Source: an uncultured Nitrososphaeraceae archaeon
GTDB taxonomy: Archaea > Thermoproteota > Nitrososphaeria > Nitrososphaerales > Nitrososphaeraceae
Length of the DNA stretch: 23,393 bases
Reading direction: 5' to 3'
NCBI GenBank assembly: GCA_963765895.1
Contig: CAVXZB010000075.1
Coordinates: 1-23,393, forward strand
This document shows positions 9,605 through 18,826 of this stretch, piece after piece. The notes under the pieces are model-generated. The model searched no databases. It was given only the letters and a program-made list of their open reading frames with translations, and was not told where the DNA came from. Position 1 is the stretch's first letter. The number at the start of each line of letters is the position of its first letter. Position numbers and translations under genes: made by a program.

Positions 9605-9831
9605 AATCCTTTGTAAACTCGTCTAGTTAGATCTTCTGGGAGCGTCGATTCAAAAATGTAGGCATAGTTAAAATGATACGGCTGGTAATTGAACAATCTG
9701 TCAGCGATAAATTATCGACTATGTGATTTTAGAATGTGGTTCATTAATGAGGAAATATTATAGACACTACCAATGTGTATACTGGCGCGCTGAAAGAAAA
9801 ATACGCCCTTAGTAGTCAGAAATTTGTAGAT

Positions 9832-10254
9832 GTAGAACATAACTTATGCGTTATACTATCATCTTACTAAGAGCCAAATTTCCCAAGGAATATTATGACT
9901 AAAGCTTTAGGCTATCAGAAAGAAGTGTTTAGCATACAAGAAGTCCTTGAATATTTTAGGGCATCAAACCATGAAGATTGCAGGATCAATGCATATCCAT
10001 CATTTACTTAATATGATGGTATTAATAGAACTCCACCAAGCTTCCTAACGATAGATATAGACCTAAAGGATTTTGGGTCAAAAGATAAACTCGATAGGGC
10101 AATGAACCGAATCCTGAAAATTGAAAGCAAAATGCCCGGCCATCCTACAGTGCTGTGGACTGGCAACGGTTATCACATATATCAGCCAGTGTCTGGATTT
10201 ATCCTAGAGCAAGAAGAAGTATGCACTTTCTTTGTGCCAACCTACAGTATCTAA
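9832..10254 (+). pseudogene. Archaeo-eukaryotic primase (AEP/primpol) N-terminal relic, absent from the ORF track
   Basis: One frame reads EPNFPRNIMTK...DCRINAYPSFT*YDGINRTPPSFLTIDIDLKD...PTVLWTGNGYHIYQP, giving DxD motif I and T/SGxGxH motif II. TAA stops at 9868 and 10009; truncated after about 10225. Confidence 0.85.
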
Positions 10255-10439
10255 GATAGATAGATAATATTGAACATTCTGACTAAGAGATATAGAAGAA
10301 GATTCTATCTAACCACAAAGTGCAACAGTATCACACATTATCGAATGCTGTTCCACATTCCAGTTACACATGTTAAGATTGGCAATTGGATTTTGGTCTT
10401 TTCGGCAGGACAGAAAAATGTGGTATATAACTTTTCAGA

Positions 10440-10464
10440 ATCTTCTTCTTAAAAGAATAAGTAT
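10440..10464 (+). promoter_or_regulatory. Shared upstream motif, copy 1
   Basis: ATCTTCTTCTTAAAAGAATAAGTAT, 24/25 identical to 11431-11455. Lies upstream of the TM-HNH gene. Confidence 0.6.
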
Positions 10465-10482
10465 TATTGTTATTTATTCGGT

Positions 10483-11097
10483 TTGCTGGCAAAGACATTT
10501 TATTACTTGAATATTCTGGTAATATTAGCAGTAATTTTAACTCATCCTGGACAGTACGTATATGCAATTTCCGGATATGACTCTGGATATAATCATGGGT
10601 GTGATGATGCAAAGGTACCTGATCCATCAGAAAGGTACATTAACCAACCTGGGAAAGGTCCAAATTTTCACTCTAATGCTTTTATGTAAGGATATGAATC
10701 AGGCCTTAGCTCTTGCTTTGTTGACCAACCCCCTGTTTTGCCACCCTCAAAATCCCCAAACCAGGCACCTCCATCACCCACGATGACAAACCAGGGCGAT
10801 GAAACAAGTTTTGGAGTGGCGATAATAATTGCTATACTGGTCATTATATCATCTGTAGCAGTTGCAATCAAGAAATTCATGCGGAGGGGTAAACGTAGAG
10901 AGAGACAACACTTTTCGGATTCAGTAAAGGAGAGTGTATTAAGAACACAAAATCATAAGTGCGCACACTGTAAGCGAATTCTCAACGTTGTTGATTGGGA
11001 TCATAAGAATGGGGACAGATCAAATAGTAATGAATCAAATTGTCAGGCATTATGTCCTAACTGCCATGCAATAAAAACAAGGAGTCCAAGGAAGTAG
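10483..11097 (+). pseudogene. Signal peptide - GxxxG ectodomain - Pro linker - TM helix - HNH endonuclease; one in-frame TAA
   Basis: ORFs 10483..10689 and 10738..11097 are in the same frame, separated by TAA 10687-10689. CAHC...DWDHKNGDRSNSNESNCQALCPNCH is a Zn-binding HNH. TM GVAIIIAILVIISSVAVAI is followed by KKFMRRGKRR. Confidence 0.85.
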
Positions 11098-11430
11098 TAA
11101 CGGTCGACAAGACTTTCTGAATCAAACGTTGCTGAAGGGATCAACCATCACCAGATCAAATTAGTAATACCGAAGTCTATCCATAGTCATTTTATGGTGT
11201 TTTCCTAGCCAGACTGTACATTGATGATACCGTGTGTCTTAATCCAAATAAATTCGATAATATTGTTATGCAACCTTATAGTCCTCCTTCTACCAGCATA
11301 TTCTGACTCACTCTTAAATTATTGGTGCACCGTATTATGTGTATTATTCTGAAGATTATGATTTATTCAAGGCCATAATCATTTGATCAGCCAAATGTGT
11401 AAAAATTACTAATTAGAAAAATGTGTCAGT

Positions 11431-11455
11431 ATCTTCTTTTTAAAAGAATAAGTAT
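11431..11455 (+). promoter_or_regulatory. Shared upstream motif, copy 2
   Basis: ATCTTCTTTTTAAAAGAATAAGTAT contains the inverted repeat TTCTTTT-T-AAAAGAA. Confidence 0.6.
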
Positions 11456-11482
11456 ATTTCTACTGTAGAATTAACTGAAATA

Positions 11483-11762
11483 ATGTCCGACACAGGGAAA
11501 ATTAAATCGACAATTGTAATTGCAATTATAATTGCAACGATAATACCCGTAACGTTAGCACAAACAGCACAAGCAAGACCCCACAGATCAATTTTTTCAG
11601 ATATAGGAGATGCCAGAGATCGAGGCCAATCCGATGGAATAGCAGACGTTCCAGGCTGGTCAATCAGATAGTCCTAATTGTCAAGGTGGTGCTATATACT
11701 GTGCAATATATAATGACGCCTTTCATACAGGATGGAGTAAAGCGAGCGACGTAGCTCCATAA
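11483..11762 (+). pseudogene. Small secreted GxxxG-scaffold protein, frameshifted near 11648
   Basis: Signal peptide ending AQA, then ARDRGQSDGIAD / FQAGQSDSPNCQGGAIYCAIYNDAFHTGWSKASDVAP*. Confidence 0.75.
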
Positions 11763-12120
11763 TTTTTTACATTCCTATGTTAATTTATTTTTGTGAAAAA
11801 ATAAATTGTCCATGGATTGCCTTTAGCAATTTCATTCTACGTGACTCAGTGCTTACGGTTGTCCTTTGTTTACGAATATTTGGTTATTGATACTTCTCTT
11901 CTCAAACAACTCAATTTTCGGTCAAGTTAGAACGCCCATTGTGGGTATCAAATCGTCCCACACTATCAATACTGTTTCACATTATAGTTACAAGCCTCGA
12001 CAACGAAATGGCACTTCGTTTCTAATCAACTGCAATTAGAATCTTCTTCTATATGGAAGATGCAGTAAATTCAATTACTAGCGTCAACACTATGTTAGTA
12101 GGTGTGATCAACTGATTTGA

Positions 12121-12288
12121 CTATGTTTCAACGATAGTAACAAGGGATATAAAGACGGTCTGAACCATCCCTTTAGTCAGGACAGATTCGCGCAATACGG
12201 TGATGTTTGTGAACGCGGCTTTATGGCCGGGTGTCTGTCTGTGAAGGGTAATGACATGGACGCATGCAACTCGGCGGAGGATGCGTAG
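12121..12288 (+). pseudogene. 5'-truncated member of the secreted GxxxG family
   Basis: CFNDSNKGYKDGLNHPFSQDRFAQYGDVCERGFMAGCLSVKGNDMDACNSAEDA*, whose tail matches GCLDSGRTQDDCDNQADA of the next gene. Stop is 4 bp before ATG 12293. Confidence 0.7.
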
Positions 12289-12292
12289 GTAA

Positions 12293-12574
12293 ATGAAGGT
12301 AGTAATTAGCGCAGTTGTAATCGTGGTATTACTAATCGGCGTACAGTTGACCTTTGCAAAATCAGACTATCAAAAAGCATACAAAGTAGGATATCATGAT
12401 GGAGTGACAGAAGGAGTGTATCATCACTCAACGGCAGAGGACAACAGGAGCTCATTTTGGACTAATGCATATTACAATGGTTGGAATCAAGGTTGTTTGG
12501 ACTCTGGGAGAACCCAAGACGACTGTGATAACCAAGCTGATGCTGGTACATCCCTAACTAGTAGGTGGAGTAAT
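12293..12574 (+). CDS. Small secreted GxxxG-scaffold protein; no stop, so it reads through into the next gene
   Basis: Signal MKVVISAVVIVVLLIGVQLTFA, then DYQKAYKVGYHDG...WTNAYYNGWNQGC. An out-of-frame TAA follows GTS. Confidence 0.75.
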
Positions 12575-12871
12575 TTGAAAGTCTTGGTCAGTGCAGTTGC
12601 AGTCCTAGTCCTAATGATAGGCGCACAGGGTGCGTATGCGTTAACTGAATACCAGGCAGGGTTTAAAGAAGGACAAAGGTTCTCTAACGAGCCATTCAAT
12701 AGTAAAACACTAAAGAAAGAGTCTGATATAATCGATCAACATCCACATCAGTTTTACGAGGGATGGCTCGACGGCTTCTGTATCCTAAATCCGCACACGG
12801 GAAGTGATGCAGATGAATTTACATTCAGTTGCTCTGATTCAAGATATGGTGCACATATTGGTGATCCCTAG
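12575..12871 (+). CDS. Small secreted GxxxG-scaffold protein
   Basis: Own TTG start after AGGTGGAG and own signal peptide KVLVSAVAVLVLMIGAQGAYA, then EYQAGFKEG...FYEGWLDGFC. Confidence 0.8.
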   Translation: MKVLVSAVAVLVLMIGAQGAYALTEYQAGFKEGQRFSNEPFNSKTLKKESDIIDQHPHQFYEGWLDGFCILNPHTGSDADEFTFSCSDSRYGAHIGDP

Positions 12872-12907
12872 GCACGTTGAGCTTCAGGAAGAGAAGGATG
12901 AGTTGAA

Positions 12908-13082
12908 ATGAAAGTCTTGGTTAGTGCAGTTGTAGTTCTAGTCCTAATGATAGGCGCGCCCGCTGTCTATGCAGAAACGGCCTATCAATCAGGATTTAAA
13001 CACGGTGTGGCTGACGCGAATCATAAAGATCCCGAATGTGCGCCTCATCAATTCCCATGTCCTCGCCCTACCGATTATATAT
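12908..13082 (+). pseudogene. Secreted GxxxG-scaffold protein, 3'-truncated
   Basis: MKVLVSAVVVLVLMIGAPAVYA-ETAYQSGFKHGVADA...DYIL. The second glycine helix is missing where the GC-rich segment begins. Confidence 0.75.
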
Positions 13083-13587
13083 TACTGCTGGTTACATCCA
13101 GTCTGACATCTAATTTCTTTGAAGGTTTTTCCATTGTCTTCGCGCCCTCCACCTCCACCGCCACTTGACGTTGTATCATCTTTACCAGTTACTTTGTCAA
13201 CTAGTTGTTGGAAAGGATTCTTCTGTGTATTAGCATTTTCAGTAGAGTTGGTGTCGGCCACCTTCTTGACCTGGTCTTGGTGTAACTTGCCCGTTGAGGC
13301 TGGTTTGGGCGCCTTGGCTGTTACAACTGGTGATGGGTTTTTCTTTTGGAATAGAGTTGTGGGCGCGACCGTTACAGTTCTAAATCCTGCTGGACGTACT
13401 GGTGCCACTGGCTTGGCCGCTGCCGCCGTAGCTCGTGTTGCTTACAGCATGTAGCATATGTACCGGGGCTGCCTTTGAACGGAGTTCATGCAGCAGCACA
13501 GGTCATAACGGCACAAGCTCGCGCTGTCCTTTGGCTAACGATGTGATAAACTCCTGTACCTAAAACGAACGTGTCAGTACTTGTCAT
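13082..13587 (-). other. GC-rich low-complexity coding fragment of apparently foreign origin
   Basis: ORF 13082..13408 is Ala/Pro/Lys/Thr-rich with a Gly run. Lines 13261-13320 and 13381-13440 are 35/60 and 37/60 G+C. Possible disrupted start at ATG 13587. Confidence 0.45.
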
Positions 13588-13728
13588 ACGCTAAGAATCA
13601 GCTGAAATAGGAACAGTGATTAGTCAATCTCATACAGAGAATATAATTAAGGTTGCAAAAGAATTTGTTGAATTACTAATGATAGTATCACATCGTGGGA
13701 CATTGTTCAACTATGTTTTATAGTCCAG

Positions 13729-13992
13729 CTATAATTGTTGATCTAAATCATGAATGAATCGCATTTTGTTACAGCGGCTTGGTTTGATTGCACAGAAGCC
13801 ATCGAAATACCCGTTAACGAACTTCCCTGTTTGATTATTAAGACCTAGGGCATGACACCCGTTTGGATTACACCCAGCCGATGCATCATTCATGCCGCGC
13901 TCATATCCTGATTCGTAGTCAGACATTGCAAAGGCATTCTGCGCGCCTATCATTAGACATAATGCGATTGCAGTTAGGATTATTGTCTTCAT
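13729..13992 (-). CDS. Small secreted GxxxG-scaffold protein
   Basis: MKTIILTAIALCLMIGAQNAFA-MSDYESGYERGMNDA...CNPNGC...FVNGYFDGFC. Confidence 0.85.
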   Translation of the reverse strand: MKTIILTAIALCLMIGAQNAFAMSDYESGYERGMNDASAGCNPNGCHALGLNNQTGKFVNGYFDGFCAIKPSRCNKMRFIHDLDQQL

Positions 13993-14010
13993 TTCACTAC
14001 CACCGGAAAT

Positions 14011-14365
14011 TTAAGGAGAGGAAGCTTCCGGCGGAAGAAAACAAGCCTTTATGGCTCTTCCCGCGTCGCCACATCCTGAGCTCCAACCTACTGTGTATCC
14101 CCTAACCCAAGATTCAGTAGCATTTAAGTGATGATATGCTCGTCCTGTCCATCCGTCAGCATATCCTGCTTTAAACCCTGAAAGATGATCTATATTATTT
14201 GTGGTGCCAGGGATGCTTTCGAGGTATTCAATGAGACACTGATCATGATCAGGGCCGAAAATACACGGTCTACCCTGTGCTGTATCCTTTGAATGCCTGT
14301 ATAGTTGGCGCGCCTATCATTAGGACCGAGATTGCCACTACACCAATTACTATTTTCATTTTCAT
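14011..14365 (-). pseudogene. Secreted GxxxG-scaffold protein, frameshifted near 14272; absent from the ORF track
   Basis: MKMKIVIGVVAISVLMIGAPTIQAFKGYST / GRPCIFGPDHDQC...HLSGFKAGYADGWTGRAYHHLNATESWVRGYTVGWSSGCGDAGRAIKAC. Closest to the 12293 gene. Confidence 0.8.
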
Positions 14366-14417
14366 TTCTTCTCACAATCAAAGTCAGGATTATCTGCCTT
14401 CTAACTTATTCGTCTCT

Positions 14418-14603
14418 TTACTTTGGAACTATGATTATTGTAGGATTGTTATTGTTATTAATGACACTTGGATTGTTATTATTGGTACTGCGTTGGCTTT
14501 GACTCTGACTCTGACTCTCATCCTGACTTGGTGCTTGTGAAAACGGAGGTGGTGGGTTCATAGGTTGTTGTCCATTATTATTAGCATTCGAAGCATCCCA
14601 GTT
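14418..14603 (-). pseudogene. Q/S/N-rich C-terminal gene fragment
   Basis: NWDASNANNNGQQPMNPPPPFSQAPSQDESQSQSQSQRSTNNNNPSVINNNNNPTIIIVPK*. No matching 5' part found. Confidence 0.5.
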
Positions 14604-15034
14604 TCCAGTGATATTTCACTTTCCTTTATATGATGGCAGGCAAGCGGTTTGGACATAGACGAAATGGCATCAAACAACTTGACATGCATTATTTAAGGAA
14701 TGCGCATTTGGAGATGTAGTCTAAATAACTATTATCTATAGAATATCAGATTTGGCGCGCCTTTCGATAGGCATACATATTTTTATCTAGCCAGACGACA
14801 GTCTATACATTGATCTCTCGATCCAGAAAACCTTTTTAATACGATATTTTTCATAACGTACATCGAAGACATTGTTTCCGAGCTAATCAAATCAGACTTT
14901 TTCAAGATTCTAATGTTCTTTGCCATGATAAATATTATGGTGACTGTAGACATGCCCTGTATGGGTTACTTAGTTAGTAACTAGGAGATGAGTCTGCACG
15001 TGTGCATGACCTAAGTGCCACACATGATCAGCTA

Positions 15035-15580
15035 CTACCAACCTAACACCTTAGCAGACTTCGCAGCTGCCTCTTGCAATGCTTGATTAGGATCCTTATT
15101 TTCAAATTGAACGTCGTAGATCGCCTGTCGAATATTATTTGCAATTTGAGGATATTCTGGAATTGCTGGTCGTGCTAGTCCAGATGGAACCATAGAGACT
15201 AATTGTTTATAATATGGATAGGACGAGGCAGTTGAATTTAATAATTCACTTTCACCGATAGATATCTGAGTCGGAAGAAATCCATTTTGAAGAAGAAAAG
15301 AATGAAGTAACTTTGGCGTCAGCATTAATTCAATCAGCTTCCATGCAAGTTCCTTATGACTAGAAGTCTTAGGAATGCTTAATTCCCAACCTCCCATCAA
15401 CGTTGAAGTTCTATTATTTTTATATGGTACTGGCAGCGCTGGAATAAAACCAATCTTGCCTTCAAAGTCTCTAGCAGACTGTCTTTGAAAAAAGGATTGG
15501 GGTAGCCATGAGGGTAGCCATGAACCTTCGATCATCACTGCAAACTTTCTATCAAGAAATTCCCGCCCCCAGTAGTGATT
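15035..15580 (-). pseudogene. Sugar ABC transporter solute-binding protein, C-terminal portion only
   Basis: NHYWGREFLDRKFAVMIEGSWLP...LMGGWELSIP...LAWKLIE...ARPAIPEYPQIANNIRQAI...ALQEAAAKSAKVLGW. An in-frame stop lies directly upstream. 12-bp tandem duplication at 15500-15523. Confidence 0.85.
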
Positions 15581-15679
15581 TCAGGGTCCACCGATTAGTT
15601 AGTTATCTATGAATTTATTGTGTCATATTTTCAACTATCCAAACGAATCGTTATAAAGCCGGCAGCCACAAAACATCTG

Positions 15680-16700
15680 ATGACAACTCTGGAGAGACTC
15701 ATAGGTGTGAATTTTCACGGTTACGGATCAAGTGTTTATCAAAACAGAAATACTCCAAAGCCTCCCGAGAACTACGTTAACGATTCCTTTGCAATATTTT
15801 CTAGGTATGGTATGACCTGTGTCCGGGTTACATTGTCACTGGGAGTCTTGGGAGCTCAATAAGAATCAGTTCAAGGAAGACCTACTAGCAATTGGACAAG
15901 CAGCTGATAAATACGGAATAAAGTGTATTTATGATAATCATCAGTGGGAATGTTCGTCTTGGATCGGGTCTGGAATTGGGTTTCCTAATTCATTGATGTC
16001 AAACCATTTTGAGAAAACATCCAGTCCTGAAAGTATACCTAGTTACAAGGCAAAGAAGAATTTTTGGGATGGTTGGTGGAACAGAAACTTGCAAACGGTA
16101 GATGGGATCGATGGATGGGAAGCTCAGGCAACATTTCTCATGGATGTTGTCAAGCTCTTAAACGGCAGAAAATCAACTTTTGGCTTTGAACTATTAAATG
16201 AGCCTCCAGTGTTTTCAATTTCTCACTATTTTAAGATACGAATTTATTATGACTTTCTGATAAATACCTTACGTAAAGAAACAGACAAGCCTATTATTTT
16301 CTGTTGGGCTAATCCTCAGCGCTTATTGGACATTTTACCATTGCAGGTTAGGGCAAGTCCAACTAGTAAGCAAAACGTGATTTATGATTGCCACCCTTAT
16401 CCTCCTTCTCCTATACACCTTCTTTACTTTAAACTGACGTCTATGCTAATTGAAAAGAGTATGCCTTTGTTTATTGGGGAATTTAATTCTGGTCCAGAAT
16501 TCAATGCTTCTTTAAAGGAAAATCAAGCATCAAGATACGTAAAAAGACTTGGAATGATGGGGATTATTGGATGGGCAGTATGGCGCTGGTCATACGTAAA
16601 GGATGATAATATACCTGCCTTTAATTTGGCTGCAGTTTCTGATGGTAGAATTGTTCCAGCCCCCATCTTCGAAACATTCTGGGACAGATTCAGAGATTAA
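15680..16700 (+). pseudogene. Glycoside hydrolase family 5 (clan GH-A, cellulase-like); frameshift near 15835
   Basis: IGVNFHG, CVRVTL/HWESWE, YDNHQW, acid/base ELLNEP, DCHPY, nucleophile FIGEF and GWAVW. TTATAAAG at 15651 precedes ATG 15680. Confidence 0.85.
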
Positions 16701-17130
16701 TTTACTGTTCATTATAGGTAAATTTTTGGATCATTCATGAAACACGGTCTAGTAAGATTGGTATCCCGCAGTCAAACGCGTATGTAATATGAATGAGAAA
16801 AAAGTATGCAACATCAATCAAATCCTATTTGTAGTTAATAATTATAAGATAGAACCACAATATCTAGAAAAAAGAAAATGATACGGTGAAGTATCGGGGA
16901 AATAAGCAATAAAATGACATACACTTGATACACAAATTGTATCCAGTTTTCAGGTCCGACCACTTACTACTTGTTGCGGAGATTCTTATCAAGAACCGAT
17001 GGCTCTTCATGCATCGGAATGATCAGATCAATAAGCTAATAGGAATTCGTTGATAATTAGAGAAAATTAGATTCGGTAGAACGGAACCTATAAGAATTTA
17101 CTTGGGTAATACATAGTAAGAATCTCAGTT

Positions 17131-18241
17131 ATGCCTATTGAAGAGAAATTTGAGAAATTCCTTCCCACGATACTAGACGTTATTTACGGAATCGTAATCA
17201 TTGCAGGTTTTGGTGTCGCTATAAAAATCTCATTCCCGTTGACGAATCTCATACCACACATGGATGTCAGTTATACTTTTTCAAATTATAATGGGCTGAT
17301 AACGGCCATCAGCTCTGATTTTCCTGTATGTGTTGGTTATCTCCAGCTGGATTTCACACAGGAAATCGCTCAGGGACAGAGTATACCTCGGCTTCCTCGG
17401 AAATGTAAGATTTGTGCTCGACATTATTATTCTCTTCTTTTATTCATACTTCATCACTTTTTTGAGCTCAGATGCTACGAAATACAATGGTATAGTATAT
17501 ACATACTTTGAGTATTTTGGAAACGTATTTCTTTGGGGCCTTCCAATAGTTTTCTCCCTATATGTAATATGGGATGCTATTAAGTTCCAAGAGTATAAGA
17601 ATCATTTAACTACACCTAGCCACTCAGGAAGGATTATTCCGTCAATAATCTTTTCGATACTTTTTTTAGTTCAAGCTTTACTATGGTTATATTTTTTCGG
17701 TTACGAAAGAACTCAGAACTATCTTTCCTATTTCGTTCCAATTGTTATGTCTATTATGCTAGTACTGATATTTCGGCTAATCAAATGGATGGATGAGATT
17801 TCCAAAATAACCGGCATCATAATCAATAGAGAAAAAGTATATAAAGAAAAGGACTTGGGAGAATATTGCTTAGTATTTTTGAAACCTTTGAGCATTATGC
17901 AGAGAGTAGGCCTTCCTAGAGGTGCTCTATGTTTTACAGAAGAACGGATTCTTATATTCTGGCCATCTTGGTCAAAACCCTTCTGGCTAGAAATGCATTA
18001 TGCAGACGTACTTAAGGATAATGGTAAGGTTATAGATGTAATAAAATGGCCCAATACAGAGACTAATAAATTATATAAGAACAATCAAAAAATACTTGGC
18101 GACCTGAAATACCAACAAAGGTTTGACATGTTTATTTGCGCTTTTAAAAATATTATTGAATCGTACAGGATAGGCGATACACAAAAGTATAAGAATAATC
18201 TGAATAATCTTAAACAACAGATAAAAAAGATGGGGTATTAG
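17131..18241 (+). pseudogene. Multi-pass membrane protein with soluble C-terminal domain; frameshift near 17310
   Basis: First TM is in 17131..17511. About five more TMs and a ~150-aa soluble tail are in the 17330..18241 frame. Confidence 0.7.
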
Positions 18242-18826
18242 CTATTTGTTAGTTTCCAATTAACAGAAAACATCAGACTCATGAATCGTCTAAAGATAAT
18301 GATTTAACATCTTTTTAATTGATAGTTGAGTTCACGCTATGCGTATATTCCTTCGTGAATGTTAACTTTATGCATTTCTGACCTTCGGGTTTTGGTTCGT
18401 ATTCTGACTGAAGATGTGATATCTCAGAATTGAGGTGATGGAGATAGTGCAGATATTTTATCTGTTTTTCTGTTGCCGCTCTTAAGAGAAAGCGCTACCA
18501 CAAAAATGATCTACCTATCCATAGTGCTATATTGGGTTCTACATTATGCATTAACCTGATGATATGCATTTTGCAGCATCATCTCTCGTTGCAGAATTGA
18601 ATATGTTACTATGGATACTATGGATACCATGACGGATAAAATATCACTAGTGATTTAAGCACTGATTCTCGTGAGAGATGAGTAACAAACCTAATGCGTC
18701 AGGGTTGATTTTCTATACATTAGATACGTTGAACGCGCCGTCGTTGATTAACACAATAGATCGTGTACCCCTAATTCGCCTTGTGAATTCATGCATGACT
18801 TTTGCATTTGTGGAGTATGGCGTTAT

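Noticed and set aside
7044-9719. CGATA-N2/3-TATCG palindromes on either side of the caspase gene
   Set aside because: Short, AT-rich and with different spacing; not distinguishable from chance without homologues.
12293-14365. Diversity-generating retroelement or integron behind the secreted array
   Set aside because: No reverse transcriptase, no template/variable repeat pair with adenine-specific differences, no integrase and no attC-like spacers seen.
11177-18525. CTATCCATAGT shared at 11177 and 18515
   Set aside because: Many 11-mer matches are expected by chance in 23 kb of AT-rich DNA, and the contexts are unrelated.
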